A stretch of DNA of 64,000 nucleotides from Octopus vulgaris (GCA_951406725.2 OX597814.1:16306001-16370000), one strand, 5' to 3'. Positions 15,791 through 30,589 are shown, counted from the first letter of the stretch. Made by a program: numbers and translations. Notes: generated by a model not told the origin, from the sequence alone.

Positions 15791-16959
15791 GCATACAGTC
15801 ATACATAAGCACGTTTACAATGCTAGAGAGGTTGTAAAATTATATATTATGTGGTGTCAAAATAACAAATAAAATGATAAAACAAAAACACCTCTCGAAT
15901 AAAAAGTGGAAATGAGAAATATCAATTCCCAAAACGAGGCTACCAATTTGGGAATTCAGGATATAAAGAATGTATTATTTTATTATTACTTTCATATGAC
16001 TTATTGAAGAGAGCCAGATAGGTAAACAGCTATATTTTTCAGTGTCTTCGCGACTGTTGTTAAAAAGAAGGGAAATTGACACCAAACAAGAATCCGCTAA
16101 ATATAACTGAAAACCGAAAGATAGTATTAAACAGGAAGAAGGATAAAAATCTGTGACCCAAATTAAGTAGAACCCAATATTTTATTAGTCGTTATATATA
16201 TATCGACTACGGAAATCGATTCAGACAAAATTTGTGCTGATTATATATGTAGAGTAACATATTTCATCCGGAGCTTTCTTTGCTTCCTTATTTGCCCGAA
16301 CAGCCTCCGTAAAGCGAAATTCACTGGATACTTTCTTAGATATACACTTCAACCACTGGTTAATACCTTATTTCAATTTGATTAAAAGCAGTATTATTGT
16401 CCTCTGTATCATATCGGGTATGCCTTCGAAAGAGTCTGGCTCGAATTTTTTTACTAAAGGCCGTTTGTGTGTGTGTTCTATTCGTTTCTTACCTTTTCAG
16501 TCATAGATGTCAGATTGCAGTGTCACGACGGATTTTTAAAACATTCTCCCTGCTCCACGTTTTTAACTATGATGTTATACCTTCAGTCCTCCCGTACAAC
16601 CCCAATTTACTTCCTGTCGTGTCACAAAACTTCCGCTTGTACGTTGATGATAATACGTTTCTATACATCCTGACATTTTACACATGCATCCTAAGGGGAT
16701 TCCACCAAGTCTGCGTTGAGAGGTTTAAGTGAAACTATAAAAACACATTAACTCCGGCTTGTGAAAAACTCAAACAATTTGTGAGTAAAATGATAAAATT
16801 ATGAAAACCTCAAACGATTTGTGAGTAAAATGACATAAACAGTATTCAAGTGGAACAGTAATGATTGACTCCGCTACTATTCCTCATTATCGGAAAAGGG
16901 CACTTCGGAGGCAACACAAACACACTAGTAGCACTACTAATATAAAATTTATTGCAATT

Positions 16960-17500
16960 TCATCAGACCTGGGCTGGTCTATAATTATTTCCTCTGTTGT
17001 ATCTTCTTTAGCTGCAACTTCGTTCCTTTTATCCCTTATTGATTGTTTAATTTGTCTAATTCAGTTAGTAATTTCTTTTCCAGAATATTTCCTCTGACTT
17101 TAGCAAGTTTGTTACTGTTTGCGTAGAGTCTTACTTACAGGTGTTTCTGTTTCCAGTTTAAGTAGGTTTCTACAGTATTAGATTTATTTGTGGGGAAATA
17201 TATGTCATGATAGATGGCCTTAAGAACATCTTTATTATCTGCCCTAGACCATTTTTCATTCTTTTAATTTTTGCTATTTGATGACGAGCATGGATGACCA
17301 TCTGTAGGAATATTCCAGTTGTGGGGTACTTCCAGCTCCTGTGTTTCAGGAAGATTTGAACCAGTAGCTGATTTTTCTAATCGAACCTGGTTCATCATTC
17401 GAGTACGCGATCCTTGGTGATCCGGATGAAGAGAATTGGGTTTGTATTTTGCTTGGACGTTAACATTGGGGGAACGGATCTATCTGATTAGGGTTACATT
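16960..17500 (-). mobile_element. R4/Dong-like ORF N-terminal fragment
   Basis: The minus strand reads KWSRADNKDVLKAIYH...WKQKH...NSNKLAKVRGNILEKKLLTEL, resembling the R4-clade N-terminal KWT..EN...W...L....R.I pattern. Confidence 0.55.
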
Positions 17501-18107
17501 TTGGAGTTCTCTGCATGAAGACATTACTCGTAACATAGCTTCTAAAGGCTAACAGATCTGTATTCGTATGTATTTTTTTGTTCATAAATTTATCTCCAGG
17601 CATAGTTTTTTGTGGTGTTTTTAAACATATGAATTGCCCATTCTGCCTGTGTTAGTTCGAAAAATAAAAGAAGTTTTCTTTTGTTTTTGCTTCGTTAGTG
17701 ACACGTGTTTTCATAGACGTGTATGTGTGTCCCGCACATTTCACGTAGTTGTCTAAACATTGGGATGTATGTGTAATCATATGGGTATTAAAAGTTATAT
17801 ATGATTGTGTAGACATTCGCGTGTAGGCACAATTACTCAATTTATGTACTTACTGTTTTGTTCCATTTATATTGTACAATTTGTAAACATTCCGATGTTG
17901 ATTTCGCGTGGTTGTTTCGCATATGTTTCACTGAGACATCGTGCATAGAAAATACTGTGGTTCATATGGCAGTAAAATTTCGTTTTTGTGATTATTTTCG
18001 CAAAAAGTCCACTTCGTTCAGGTTTTCCACTTATTCCTTTAAACCATTCCACCGACGTTATTAGATTAGATTTGCTTTTGAATGCAGAGTCCGGTGTAGC
18101 ACGTTCA

Positions 18108-18167
<60 letters not shown>

Positions 18168-18571
18168 CACCACCATCATCATCATCGTCATCATCGTCAT
18201 CATCATCATCATCATCATAATCATCACCATCATCATAATCATCATCATCATCATTATCATCATTATCATAATCTTCCTCCTCCTCCTCCTTCTCATCATC
18301 ATCATTGTATTACTTATCCTAATTCAAAACATTCTTTCCCAGTCTTGAAGCCTCTGAAGCTCACGGATCAAAATCTCTGAGTAGTGACAAACACAGGCTC
18401 AGCTTTGAATAAATACTATTAGATTCATGATAATTTTCGACTATTGCAGTTCACACCAGTGTAAATCAAGCATCCAATGTATAATATAGAGGCTCACAGA
18501 CATATGCGTTGCGTGTGCGCATTATTATGTACACATATAATAAATACATATGTGTGTATGTACACACACAT

Positions 18572-18649
<78 letters not shown>

Positions 18650-18803
18650 AAATAACAACATAACATTTGCTTATATAGCAATATAAATATATGTATTCTC
18701 CCTTCTGCATATATATGTATATATGTATATATATATATATATCATGCACACACTTATATATATATACATATATATGTGTGCGTGTATTATATATCTATAA
18801 ACG

Positions 18804-18857
<54 letters not shown>

Positions 18858-19327
18858 AGCTTAGAGAAGAAGAAGAAACGAAACGAAACGAAACGAATCG
18901 AATCGAAATATATATATATGTGTGTGTGCGTGTGTATGTATACATATTGTACGTATGTATATGTTATTTGAAGTTAAGTGGAAATTACCTTTTTTTAAGG
19001 AAACCTTATAAGGAAATGAAAAAATAATGAAAATCGTCAAAAAGATGCGAAAATAAAAATTTAAATCTTAAAATTGAAATGTAAAAAGGAATACATATCA
19101 GTTACAAACATTATATTTGCCTTTTTTCAAGAATGAATAATATTCTCTCTTATAAAAAAAAAATCTTATATAAAATATCGAGAATGAATGGAAGAAAGAA
19201 AAAAATTTTTTAAATATCAAGAAAATCACTGACTATTAAAATATGAGGATGAGAGTGAAAGATAACTATAAATATATGTATATAAAAGTAGTTAATAGTG
19301 AATTATTCTAAATCAATTTCTAGAATC

Positions 19328-19363
19328 AATGATGATAATAATAATAATAACAACAACAACAAC

Positions 19364-19401
<38 letters not shown>

Positions 19402-19403
19402 TG

Positions 19404-19491
<88 letters not shown>

Positions 19492-19498
19492 TGATGAT

Positions 19499-19557
<59 letters not shown>

Positions 19558-19570
19558 TGATGATGATGAT

Positions 19571-19639
<69 letters not shown>

Positions 19640-19648
19640 GATAATAAT
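19328..19648. repeat. (AAT)n/(GAT)n microsatellite
   Basis: Directly visible. Similar tracts lie at 18108-18305, 28770-28955, 47030-47216 and 63149-63505. Confidence 0.95.
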
Positions 19649-19927
19649 GGTATCTTCTTGTTGAAAGAATGGAAAGTATACGGAAATAAACGAAAAACGC
19701 TATAAAAGTTCATGAAAGCAGAAGGTGTAATGTAACAATTAATTGTAATTAAGGAAGAAACCGAAGAAATGTAACATGTCGAGCGAAAGAAGATTGGTTA
19801 TAAACGAACAAACAGTAAAAAATAAAATAAAAAAAAAAACAAAAAAAACAAATTAGACTGAAAAATAATATACGAATAAATACCACAAGGTTTTTTTTTA
19901 ATTTTCTTTTTGCTAACAATCAAGCAT

Positions 19928-19961
<34 letters not shown>

Positions 19962-20600
19962 AAATATAGTAAACATTGTAAATAATTAAAATAAAATATT
20001 AAAATACCAGTATCCGTATTGTTATAACATCCGCAATTAACTGTTAATGGCGTCTCTAATTTCCTACCTGCAGGCAACAAATAACAGTTGTTGAACTTGT
20101 AAATTTATGAACTTTCTCTTCCTTGCTCCCTTTTCATTGTTCAGTTTTTCTATCCGAGTATTCCATACAATTTTTTCTTTTCTTTATTCTTTTCTTTCTT
20201 TCTTTTCTGTTTTTCATATCTATTTTTATATCTGTTTTTATATCTATCCCTCTCTCCCATTTTTTTCGTCGATTATTCTGTTACTTTTGTGCAATTATCT
20301 ATCTAGAAGTTATCCACACATACAGTTTTAGTTATTAGTCTCTCGCCCGAGAAGGAGGTTAAGTTTTATGATTGCTGAGCTCTTAACATCTCACAGTACG
20401 GTCCCTAATTTTTCTATCCCTTTTGCTGTTGAAGCTTTTCCTCATGATAACAATCCCCACCGCCTCCTCCTCTTTCTTTTCTTCTTCCTCCACATCATCA
20501 TTTTCGTTGATGTCATTCTTGTTCGTTGTAGTCACAACTTCAAGTCAAGTACGCTGCATCAGTTATGGATTCCTTTATTCTTAATATTCTTATATCTAGA

Positions 20601-20988
20601 AGACGGCGAGCTGGCAGAAACGTTAGCACGCCGGGCGAAATGCGTAGCAGTATTTCGTCTGCCGTTACGTTCTGAGTTCAAATTCTACCGAGGTCGACTT
20701 TGCCTTTCATCCTTTCGGGGACGATAAATTAAGTACTAGTTACGCACTGGGGTCGATGTAATCGACTTAATCTGTTTGTCTGTCCTTGTTTGTCCTCTCT
20801 GTGTTTGGCCCCTTGTGGGTATTAAAAAAATAGGTATTTCAAATAGGAGTTGAAATTCCGCTGAGGTTGACTTTATCTTTCCTTATTTCGGGATCAATAA
20901 ATTAAGTACCTGTTGCGTACTGGGGTCGATCTAACCGAAAATCCCCCTCCCACCAAATTTCGGGCATCGTGCCAAGAGTAGAAAAGAG
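20601..20988 (+). mobile_element. SINE B, internal dimer
   Basis: Head, core and tail 1, then a second core and tail 2. TSD TATTCTTATATCTAG on both sides. Confidence 0.9.
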
Positions 20989-21333
20989 TATTCTTATATC
21001 TAGGCTCAGTTTCATGGTAAATATATGTAATTTACCAATTGTCAAGGAACCAAAATCTTTAGGAACTGTGTAACTCTCTTTGGCTTCGTGTACGTTTGAT
21101 ATTCGAATTTCTGAGCAAAATACTGAACACATTTGTTTTGAAAAAGCATGAATTTGAATGATGTAGGCTTTTAATAGAGCGTAATAAATGACCAAAAATG
21201 TAGGATTTTAAAAGAAATTTGGAATTATCCTTGAGACTCTCTTCCTCAGTCGATCAAGTAACAGAGATTTATTCTTATTCAAAGAGAAAATATTGAAAAG
21301 CTACACAACCGCTGTCACGACGAGCACAGAGAA

Positions 21334-21364
<31 letters not shown>

Positions 21365-21765
21365 GTCGTCGTCGTCGTCGTCGTCGTCGTCGGAGTCGTC
21401 GACGTCGTCGTCGGAGTCCTCGTCGTCATCGTCATCATCATCATCATCATCATCATTATCATCATCATCATCAACAAGAGCAACAACAGTAGAAACAGCT
21501 TCAACTACAACCAAAAAATGCATCAACAAAAACAACAGCAATAACAACGAATAGTTGAGAAAAAACATACCAAAGAGGAGGTCAATAACCGTCAAATTCT
21601 CTCACCAGTTATAGTGGAATCGAAAACAAAATATCGAGAGCAGCATTAGCATTGACGACAGAAAAGACAAGATTGTGATGACTAAGTATTATCATCACCA
21701 CCGTCGCCGCCATCATATCCATAACCACAGTAGTTAGTAGTGAGAGCAGATACAACAGCAAGAAT

Positions 21766-21950
21766 GTGGAGGCGCAATAACCCAGTGAATAGGGCAGCGG
21801 ACTCGCGCTCGTAAGTACGCGGTTTTGATTCCCAAATCGGGCGTTGTGAGTACTTATTGAGCAAAAACACCTAAGCTCCACGAGGCTCCGGCCGGATGAA
21901 CCCCACTGTACTCTTTCGCCACAACTTTCACTCTCTTCCTACTTCTGCCA
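21766..21950 (+). mobile_element. SINE family C, 5' half
   Basis: Homologous to the head of 24741-25125. Confidence 0.8.
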
Positions 21951-22296
21951 CAAAGCAGAGGAACCATGGTGTAACCCACTATGGTGTGGTAAACGTTCAG
22001 ACAGTAGTCTAGATTGCGAATCCTTTGTACCCCAGGATGGTTTAGTTCTCCATCCGTTAAAAGCCACCGTTTACGGAATGAGGATAACAACGTAGCTTTC
22101 ACGCCCGTGCAACCGCCTTTCTATCGCGTGTGGTAGGTGGATCTTCAAGTTGCCGCACGCATTCTTAGTAGCTTAGAGTACGCTCGAATTAGAGATTGTT
22201 CTTCGTGGCTAATGGCGTGAGACCTGATTGGAAGAAGGAGGAGGAGGAGGCGGAGAAGAAGAAGAAGAAGAAGAAGAAGAAGAAGAAGAAGAAGAA

Positions 22297-22328
<32 letters not shown>

Positions 22329-23374
22329 AGACAATAACGGCAGAAATAATGCAGGCGAAACAGTGTATGATAACAAAGGAACACTACCATTATCACTATC
22401 CTGAACACTACAATAACTAAGACTAACAAACACAGTCTGTAACGACTAATACCGTTGAGAAGTCTAACACTGCCACTAAAACTAATACGGTGACAGCCCA
22501 AACTAGTTGCAGCACTACTACTACAAGCTTGTCAGTGAAAAACCTTCATGTGAAAATGGTAATATACGCTCAAGTGGAAACGTGCTAGCGAAAAATAAAG
22601 ACTTCGTCAATAAGCCCAACAATTTTACACCATTGAAGGGCAATTAGTCGACGAGAACTGTACATTGATGTAATTATTTGCTTCCTGGAGGGGTGAGGAA
22701 ATTGTCCTCACTCTCACGTATCTGAGACGAAGGTTGATGAAGATAAATATATCCGGTGTGCCATGAGATCTCAATATTAGGTGGGTTGTAATATGAGTTT
22801 TCGTACAGGGGTACAATTTGATGGATATAAGAAAAACATAGATCAGTGAATTAGTCAGGAAAAGTACTGAAAATCCTACCAAAGGTGAAACGGGAATGCT
22901 TGCAACTCATCCAGGATATAGTTCAGCTGCAAAATTGAACAGAAATTTGCATTATGGTGCAGAACAACAGCCCCTGGTGTGATACTAACGGTTTGATGCT
23001 TATAACTGGGAGCAAATATGGCGATCTTAGATGCTTCAGAGTCCGTAACACAACAGTAGCTACAATACAATACTGCCATCAGCGTGCTACAATAACAGCT
23101 GAAATACCCGCTGCAGCACTAGACGTAACAGCTAAAACTATAACATTAGCAATTCTATAAAAGCAAAAATTGTAGCAGCTACAACAGCAGCAGAAACAAC
23201 AGAAGCAGCAGTATCGAAAGAAGAACCAAGCGACCCTACGCATCGTGAAAACAACACTTTCAAAAAAACTAAAATGAAAATATTACAACAAATGAAAGAT
23301 TTACGAAAGATATTTAAGTGGAGAGTGTAAATATAAAAACGAATAAGTTGGAAAACGAACCACCTGCATTTCCA

Positions 23375-23463
23375 CGTGGCTGTGTTGTAAGTAGCTTGCT
23401 TACTAACCACATGGTTCTGGGTTCAGTCCCACCTTGGGCAAATGTCTTCTACTATAACCTCGG
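23375..23463 (+). mobile_element. SINE A head fragment fused to mariner
   Basis: GTGGCTGTGTTGTAAGTAGCTTGCTTACTAACCACATGG...CTATAACCTCGG. Confidence 0.8.
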
Positions 23464-24503
23464 AAATTTTGACCTCAAGGACGCACCTCGTTCTGGCCGT
23501 GCAGTTGAGTTCGATGAGGAGCGGTTAAACTAACTTTTGCACGAAAATTCTTGTCAAACGACAGGGAGTACTTGCGGAGAAACTCGAATGCTCCCACACT
23601 GCTATAGAGAAGCATCTTCACTCGATGGGAAAAGTTCAGAAGCATGGAGCATGGGTTCCGCATACTTTAAGTGACAACAAAAATCAAAGCGCCACAATCT
23701 CCGCTGGGTTGCTTGCTCGTTACCGCTCAACTCATGCAACGATTTCTTTTCCGAATCGTTACTAGCAAAGAAAAATGGTGCCTGTACATCAATATGAAGC
23801 AGCTTAAGAAATGGTTTAACCCCGTTAAACAAGCGACATCACGCGTGAAACAAGATCTTCATCCGCGTAAAACAAGATCTTCATCCGCGTAAAACAAGAT
23901 CTTCAACCGCGTGAAACAAGATCTTCATCCGCGTAAAACAAGATCTTCATCCGCGTGAAACAAGATCTTCATCCGCGTAAAACAAGATCTTCATCCGCGT
24001 AAAACAAGATCTTCATCCGCGTAAAACAAGATCTTCATCCGCGTGAAACAAGATCTTCATCCGCGTAAAACAAGATCTTCATCCGCGTGAAACAAGATCT
24101 TCATCCGCGTAAAACGATGTTTTGCGTATGGTGAAACTAGGAAAGGTTTGCTCATTACAAATTGCTTGAACGGAACCAAACGGTTCCGTGGAACTCTATA
24201 TTCAACAGATGGAATTACTCACCACGCTATTCATGAGAAAAGCCCTAATCGGCAACATGGAATTCTGCTGCATGACAACGCCCGCCCTCATATCGCCAAT
24301 ATGACCAAACAAGCCATTCAAAAGCATGGATGGGAAGTGCTGCCACACCCTCTGTACTCTCCTGATTTGGCACCAACGGATTTGGGAAGAAGTTGTAAAC
24401 AATAACGGTGTATACATTATTGATTAATTAGTTGTTATTTTTAATTAAACCTTTTAAAAAAATTTAGATAAAAAAAACGGCGGTAACTTAGTTGCCAGCC
24501 CAA
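23464..24503 (+). mobile_element. Mariner DNA transposon, 5'-truncated, transposase pseudogene with right TIR
   Basis: [24 protein letters not shown] and [14 protein letters not shown] motifs. Right end TAACTTAGTTGCCAGCCCAA followed by TA. Confidence 0.93.
23847..24110 (+). repeat. 22-bp minisatellite x12, (R)AAACAAGATCTTCATCCGCGT
   Basis: Twelve contiguous units with no spacers, inside the transposase gene. Confidence 0.95.
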
Positions 24504-24740
24504 TATAGATACATATACATATCAGGCAGTACTCCAGCATGGTCGTAGTCAAATGACTGAAACAAGTAAATGAATAAAACAATATATTCCTAACTCCGCG
24601 CGCGCTGTGTGTGTGTGCGAATCATGTGCATAATTTTGTTCTCAATCTTATGGAGTGTTACTCATATGTTTTTTTGTTTTTGCTTTCTTATATTCTACTC
24701 ATGAAACTTTGCTGATTTTCGTGACACCTACGATTATTAT

Positions 24741-25125
24741 GGAAGCACTCCGTCGGTTACGACGACGAGGGTTCCGGTTGATCCGAATCAACGGAACAGC
24801 CTGCTCGTGAAATTAACGTGTAAGTGGCTGAGCACTCCACAGACACGTGCACCCTTAACGTAGTTCTCGGGGATATTCAGCGTGACACAGAGAGTGACAA
24901 GGCCGGCCCTTTGAAATACAGGTACAACAGAAACGGGAAGTAAGAGTGAGAAGAAATTGTGGTGAAAGAGTACAGCAGGGATCACCACCATCCCCTGCCG
25001 GAGCCTTGTGGAGCTTTTAGGTGTTTTCGCTCAATAAACACTCACAACGCCCGGTCTGGGAATCGAAACCGCTATCCTATGACCGCGAGTCCGCTGCCCT
25101 AACCACTGGGCCATTGCGCATCCAC
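24741..25125 (-). mobile_element. tRNA-derived SINE family C, full length
   Basis: Minus-strand head GCGCAATGGCCCAGTGGTTAGGGCAGCGGAC...GGTTTCGATTCCC. TSD ACGATTA(T/C)TAT at 24730-24740 and 25126-25136. Confidence 0.9.
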
Positions 25126-26224
25126 ACGATTACTATATAAAGTAAATGACAGTTATAAACTCGAGATATCTTAACGCTGATATATATGCCCGTAATGTAC
25201 CCAACAACCGAAATCGAGTTTATTATTACTGCGAAGAATTAATTCAAATACTATAAATTTTAATGAGATTCTTTTACCTATTGTTCAAATAATATCTTTG
25301 TTTATTGGTGGTGTCAATCTCGTCCAATTTCAATGTTATTTTCATCGCACGTAAAGGGTTAATGTCCTGTTTCATGTCAGTTATATTTATTTACTCTGTG
25401 ATACTAACTTAAATGAATTTACATATTTTTCCTATCTTTCCTGTGTTTATATACTTAATATAATTGTTCATCAAGAGAATACTTTGCGCATTTATAATTA
25501 TCTTCTCGATTGTTTTTTTGCGTTTCTATTTCTCTGTGTGATAATCTTTTCCGTTTTAAATATGAAACTTTTAACAGTGGAAATGTAGCAGAGGTCTAAA
25601 TTAAATGTTCTTATGCATGAATACATTTATACATAAACGAACAGTTGATAATTGTGCAACATGCTTTACTTTAAATGTAGAATATTCGAATATTATAAAA
25701 ATACATTTATTTAGATATAATCTATTATGTTTCTTTCTGCTTTTTTAAGTCTCATTTTCCGGTAACCCAAATGTATACAATACCTAAAATATCATTCATG
25801 TGACACTGCGGATATTATATTGTGCTTTTGTTTTCTTTCTCTCTAACAATTGGTAGCAGCTGCGTTTTTAAACTATGAAGTTCCACGTTATCGTACAACT
25901 GTACGTCGCCTAAAAGAAAGAAAGGTAAAAAGTAGACTGACCTTTCGGGTGAACTCCTTATAAAAGTTGTGTAAAAATAAAATATGCAAGAATAACGAAA
26001 CAAGAAAAGAGACCATACCACTAATATCTTTCGATAACATGCAGTATGTGTGTGTGTGTGTGAGTAGTTGCAAGCTTGTATAAATGAGTGTTTTTATGCT
26101 TGTATGTATGTATGTATGTATGTATGTATGTATGTGTGTGTGTGTGAGTGTGCGTGTATGAGAATGTGTATACGTACGTGAATATATACACAGCACACAC
26201 CCCAAACACAAACACATATTACTC

Positions 26225-26632
26225 TCTTACTCTTTTACTTGCTTCAGTCATTTGACTGTGGCCATGTTGCAGCACCGCCTTTATTCGAGCAAATTGATAC
26301 CAGGACTTATTATTTGTAAGCGTAGTATTTATTCTATCGGTCACTTTTGCCGAACCGCTATGTTACGGGGACGTAAACACACCAGCATCGTTTGTCAAGC
26401 GATGTTCGGAGGAAAAACACAGACACACAAACAACACACACACACACACACGCACATATATCTATACATATATACGACGGGCTTCTTTCAGTTTCCGTCT
26501 AACACTCAACTCACAATGCTTTGGTCGGCCCGAGGCTACAGTAGAAGACACTTGCCCAAGGTGCCACGCAGTCGGACTGAACCCGGAACCATCTGGTTGG
26601 TAAGAAAGCTACCTACCACGCAGCCACTCCTA
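26225..26632 (-). mobile_element. SINE A, full length
   Basis: Match to family A. Confidence 0.9.
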
Positions 26633-27228
26633 CAGTATTATTTGAACTTAAACCAACCTGGCTGCATTTCGTTTTTTTTGGGGGGAGGGGGTATTATCCA
26701 ATTATTCAATTTCTTAAATGTTTTCTTGTAGCATTTTTTACTATATGTTGAAATATTATGGCTACCTAGATCATTGTCGCACAGTACTGTGCTGATAACT
26801 CAATTAGGGCATAAACACGAGCTTATAACCAGCCGTCTTCAAAGGGGAAAAAGACCCTCATTTGACCTTATGGCATATGAATTCGTAAAATCGGTTGGTC
26901 ACTTGAGACTTCCATTCCTTTTCATTCTTTAACTTTTAAAATTATCCGTGGGTGCTTTCACAGTTTCTTTTGAAGCAAGGTGATTTTAATAAATCACGAA
27001 TTTATCTTGTATGAGGTTTACATTTCTTTGTGAATATCAAAATTCATACCAAGATCCTTATCTTGTCGTATTTTTCTTCATCTCTCTCTCTCTCGCTCTC
27101 TATTTCTTTTTTTCTCTCTCTCTCTTTGTATGTGTGTGTGTAACAATGTAAAGTTGGGTGTTACTGCCCGAGTAAAAATATAAGAAAAGGAATTTGAAAA
27201 TGCAGGAGTCTTTTTAAAATACTTATTA

Positions 27229-27277
27229 TCTTAACCGGTTTCACTTATTTAAAAAAAAAAAAAAGATTTTCAAAAGT
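27229..27277 (-). ncRNA. Hammerhead-like motif, U3-A8 variant (family P2), at the end of a probable PLE-type element extending towards about 27990
   Basis: Reverse complement reads actt-TTGAAAA-tctt..aagt-GAAAC-CG-GTT-aag. Homologous to 45322-45363. Confidence 0.55.
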
Positions 27278-28142
27278 AAAGTATGAGGTTTTGTGTAACC
27301 TCTGTGGTGTGAAAAATTAGTTTACATAAATGTATTCAAATCAATTGATAGAGTCTTTGACAATTATAAGAAAAAGTTTGAGGCTTTGTGTATCCTCTGT
27401 GATGAATGAAAAAATAGTTTACATAAAAACATTCAGATCAGGTAATAATTTTTTTTTACAATGATAAGAAGATAAAAATGAGTTTACATAGATATATGCA
27501 AACCAAGTAATAGAGTTTTTGACAAGAAGATAAAACGTGTCTGGTTTGTCCATCAGTGGGTGCTAAAGTTTTAGTCTCACTGTGATCAGAGACCATAACT
27601 GTTTACAGCATCTTAATTTGAAAGAAAGGTGGGTGAAGACATAACAGACCATTTATAGTTCTCGGATCTGGCTGTAAGGTCTCGCATCCAGATGGAATTT
27701 AACAGTTGCCACTATTTTATATAGAAATGGTGACTCAAAATTGCCTTCTTTTTAAAAAGCAATGTGGTCGGTTGATGGCAGTCAAAGCATAGTACTGTTT
27801 TTTTTTTAAAAAAAGGTGGCTTAGAATTGCTTTCTCTCTAAATACTGTGTGGGTGGTTGATGGCAGTCAAATAACCAAAAGGTAATTCACGATTGTTCTG
27901 ATTTCTAATAGTTGTTGTGGAACCAAGTAAGGCTTGTTTGGTGAGCTGGTTCAGTTATGGTTCGGTAGTTTCAGCTGGTGTTTGGAGGTTATATGCATGA
28001 CTCATAAGTAAAGAATGGTGTGTATTTGCGTGTAAATGCATAAGTGTATGTATATGTGTGTGTATTTTTTCTGGTCAGTGCGCTGTGTGCGCGCACGTGG
28101 GTCTGTGTGTGTGTGTATGTGTGTGTTATGTCTATTTTCGGA

Positions 28143-28784
28143 ATGGGGCCAGCATCCGGACTCCCACTTTTGCCGTGAACAAGAATTAATCTTCTCTCTT
28201 CCCTTCTTTGCCCCATATGAGCTCAACTCACCATCTCTCTTCATCTGACACCTATCTCACCGCCTCTCTCCTTTTATACCACCCCACACCACTCCACACA
28301 CACTAGCACTGATCCCTTCCCAGACACCATCGTCACGCACCCACACACAATCTTCAATAGCGTCACCACAGGTACCACTACACGAGCAGACACACACTGT
28401 TTAAATCAGTACACACACCACACACCATCATGAACACTCCAGCATCCACACAGGCACATAATACCTGAACACAGGCTATATATACATACACACGCAACAT
28501 ACATAGACAAATATAACTTTTGCCCACATATATATACCAGACACTGACACACTGTTTAGCCACAGACACGCACACACATGCGCACACCGCGTTCATAGCT
28601 CAACTGCTACACACAGCACATGCATACAAACACACACACCTTACACACGCACATACGCACATCAGTGTCTCTCACTCCTATTCATACACACCATTGTCAA
28701 ATACACACATACGCACGCGCACATTCTCTTATGATCACCAGCACATTATTATCTCCCTTTCTCTCAACCTATTATTATTATTAC

Positions 28785-28851
<67 letters not shown>

Positions 28852-29200
28852 GTTGTTGTTGTTGTTATTGTTGTTGTTGTTGTTGTTGTTGTCGTTTTTG
28901 TTGTTATTATTATTATTGTTGTTGTTGTTGTTCTTGTTGTTGTTGTTGTTATAATTATTTTTATCATTATTATCTTAATTTCCTTCAAACATTTTTGCAA
29001 TCATACGCCATGCTGGACCGCTGAAATCTACCAGCGTGTTTTCATTCTCTCTCTGTTTATTTTCTCTTGTTTCTTTCTGTTGAAAAGCGTAGGCTCGAAA
29101 CGTAAAAGACTTTTCATTTACCAGAGCGTCAATCTAATACCCATGCTTGTTATTCATACACATGTCTTAGTCTTTTGTTTTTCTCTAAATTTGAACTATT
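28143..29200 (+). mobile_element. Penelope-like element 3' end (family P1)
   Basis: REQELIFSLPFFAPYELNS* matches the PLE GIY-YIG C-terminal motif RE..I..L....P.GLN. Followed by a CA-rich UTR, a hammerhead-like motif at 29072-29109 and (TA)n. Confidence 0.8.
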
Positions 29201-29247
<47 letters not shown>

Positions 29248-29327
29248 ACACAAATTCACACATACAGAGAGGCAAACATGCATGCACGCACATATGTGTA
29301 AATGTGTACGTGCATACATACTCTCGC

Positions 29328-29389
<62 letters not shown>

Positions 29390-30589
29390 ATGTGTGTGTA
29401 TGTATAAAATATACAGTGAGAGAAAGAGAGAGGGAGAGGAGTATGGATAAGGAAGACATGTGTCAGGCTTTTTACCTCTTGGAAAGGGAGCCAGAAACTT
29501 CACCTATAGAATGCAACTTAAATCTTGTCGAATTAAGCCCGTGAGCTTAAATTTGATCTTTGTCAGTTTCATATACATAGCAAATTTTACTCCCCACTAT
29601 AAGTATTTGTCCCATTACATCAATACCTTATCCATCAATATGATTTGTTTGACAATGGTGAAACCGTGGGAGATTTCAAATTATTGTTTCTTATATTGTA
29701 ATATGTTTATATAGAAGACAGCTGTTCCAAGGGACGAAAGCAAAGTGGTGTTGGAATCTTTTGTTCATAACAGAAGAATATGTGTAAAGTAAGCAAGACA
29801 ATTAATCCTGTGTAAAAGATAAAGGTGCAACTTATACGACAATCGTAACTGGATAATTTACCAAATGCAAGAATTTGCCGGCCACTATGCTGCAATGCTT
29901 GCGTTGCTGAACAGTTGATTTCAACCCGTCTGCCGGTGTAGTTCAGTTTGTTATTCCGCTACTATAAGCTTTTTAACTTAATCACAAATTGACTGATTAG
30001 CTATGAACAACTTCGAATTCGTGGATCTGCTCCACCAGGACTAAGAACGGGCTATGAGGCATCAACATGAACAATATCAATAACAACAAGGCTGTGCTGA
30101 ATGAATAGAAATAGTATACCTAGGTTTATCCTAAATCCTTATTAATAAACAATATTGTCCCCCCCCTTCTTTTTATTTCTTTCTCCATCTTCCAATGCTT
30201 TCTCTTAGCAACTATAGATTATACAATTTTTTCCAAATAGTATTTGTATTCAATGATTTCAATTGTTACTACGTTTACGAAGATAGTAGATACATAAAAT
30301 AAATACACGTTTTTTCGCAGAACTCAATCCTGTGGATCTTCTGACTTAGACATTGTTATGCTTATGAGAATTACCTATGCGTCCTGGATAAGACTCTAGT
30401 TTATCGCAGACGAATTTGACTGAACATTTTTGCTGTATTATGTCTGCCGTAGTAGAAATCTTTTCGGATTTTCTTTACTCATTCTCAGCAGGCTGGACCA
30501 AACCATTTACTAGCAAGTATTTTGATTTGACAAATAGAAAACTATTAATATTACAATCCGATCAGGTAATATGTATAGCGACGGAAGTC

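Noticed and set aside
23847-24110. CRISPR-like regular repeat
   Set aside because: No spacers, no cas genes, eukaryotic context. It derives from mariner coding sequence.
25050-25125. tRNA gene candidates (heads of SINE A, B and C)
   Set aside because: A/B boxes are present, but there is no clean cloverleaf and they are attached to SINE bodies, several with visible TSDs.
25322-25342. piggyBac-like terminus (reverse complement TTAACCCTTTACGTGCGATG)
   Set aside because: No matching partner end was found nearby.
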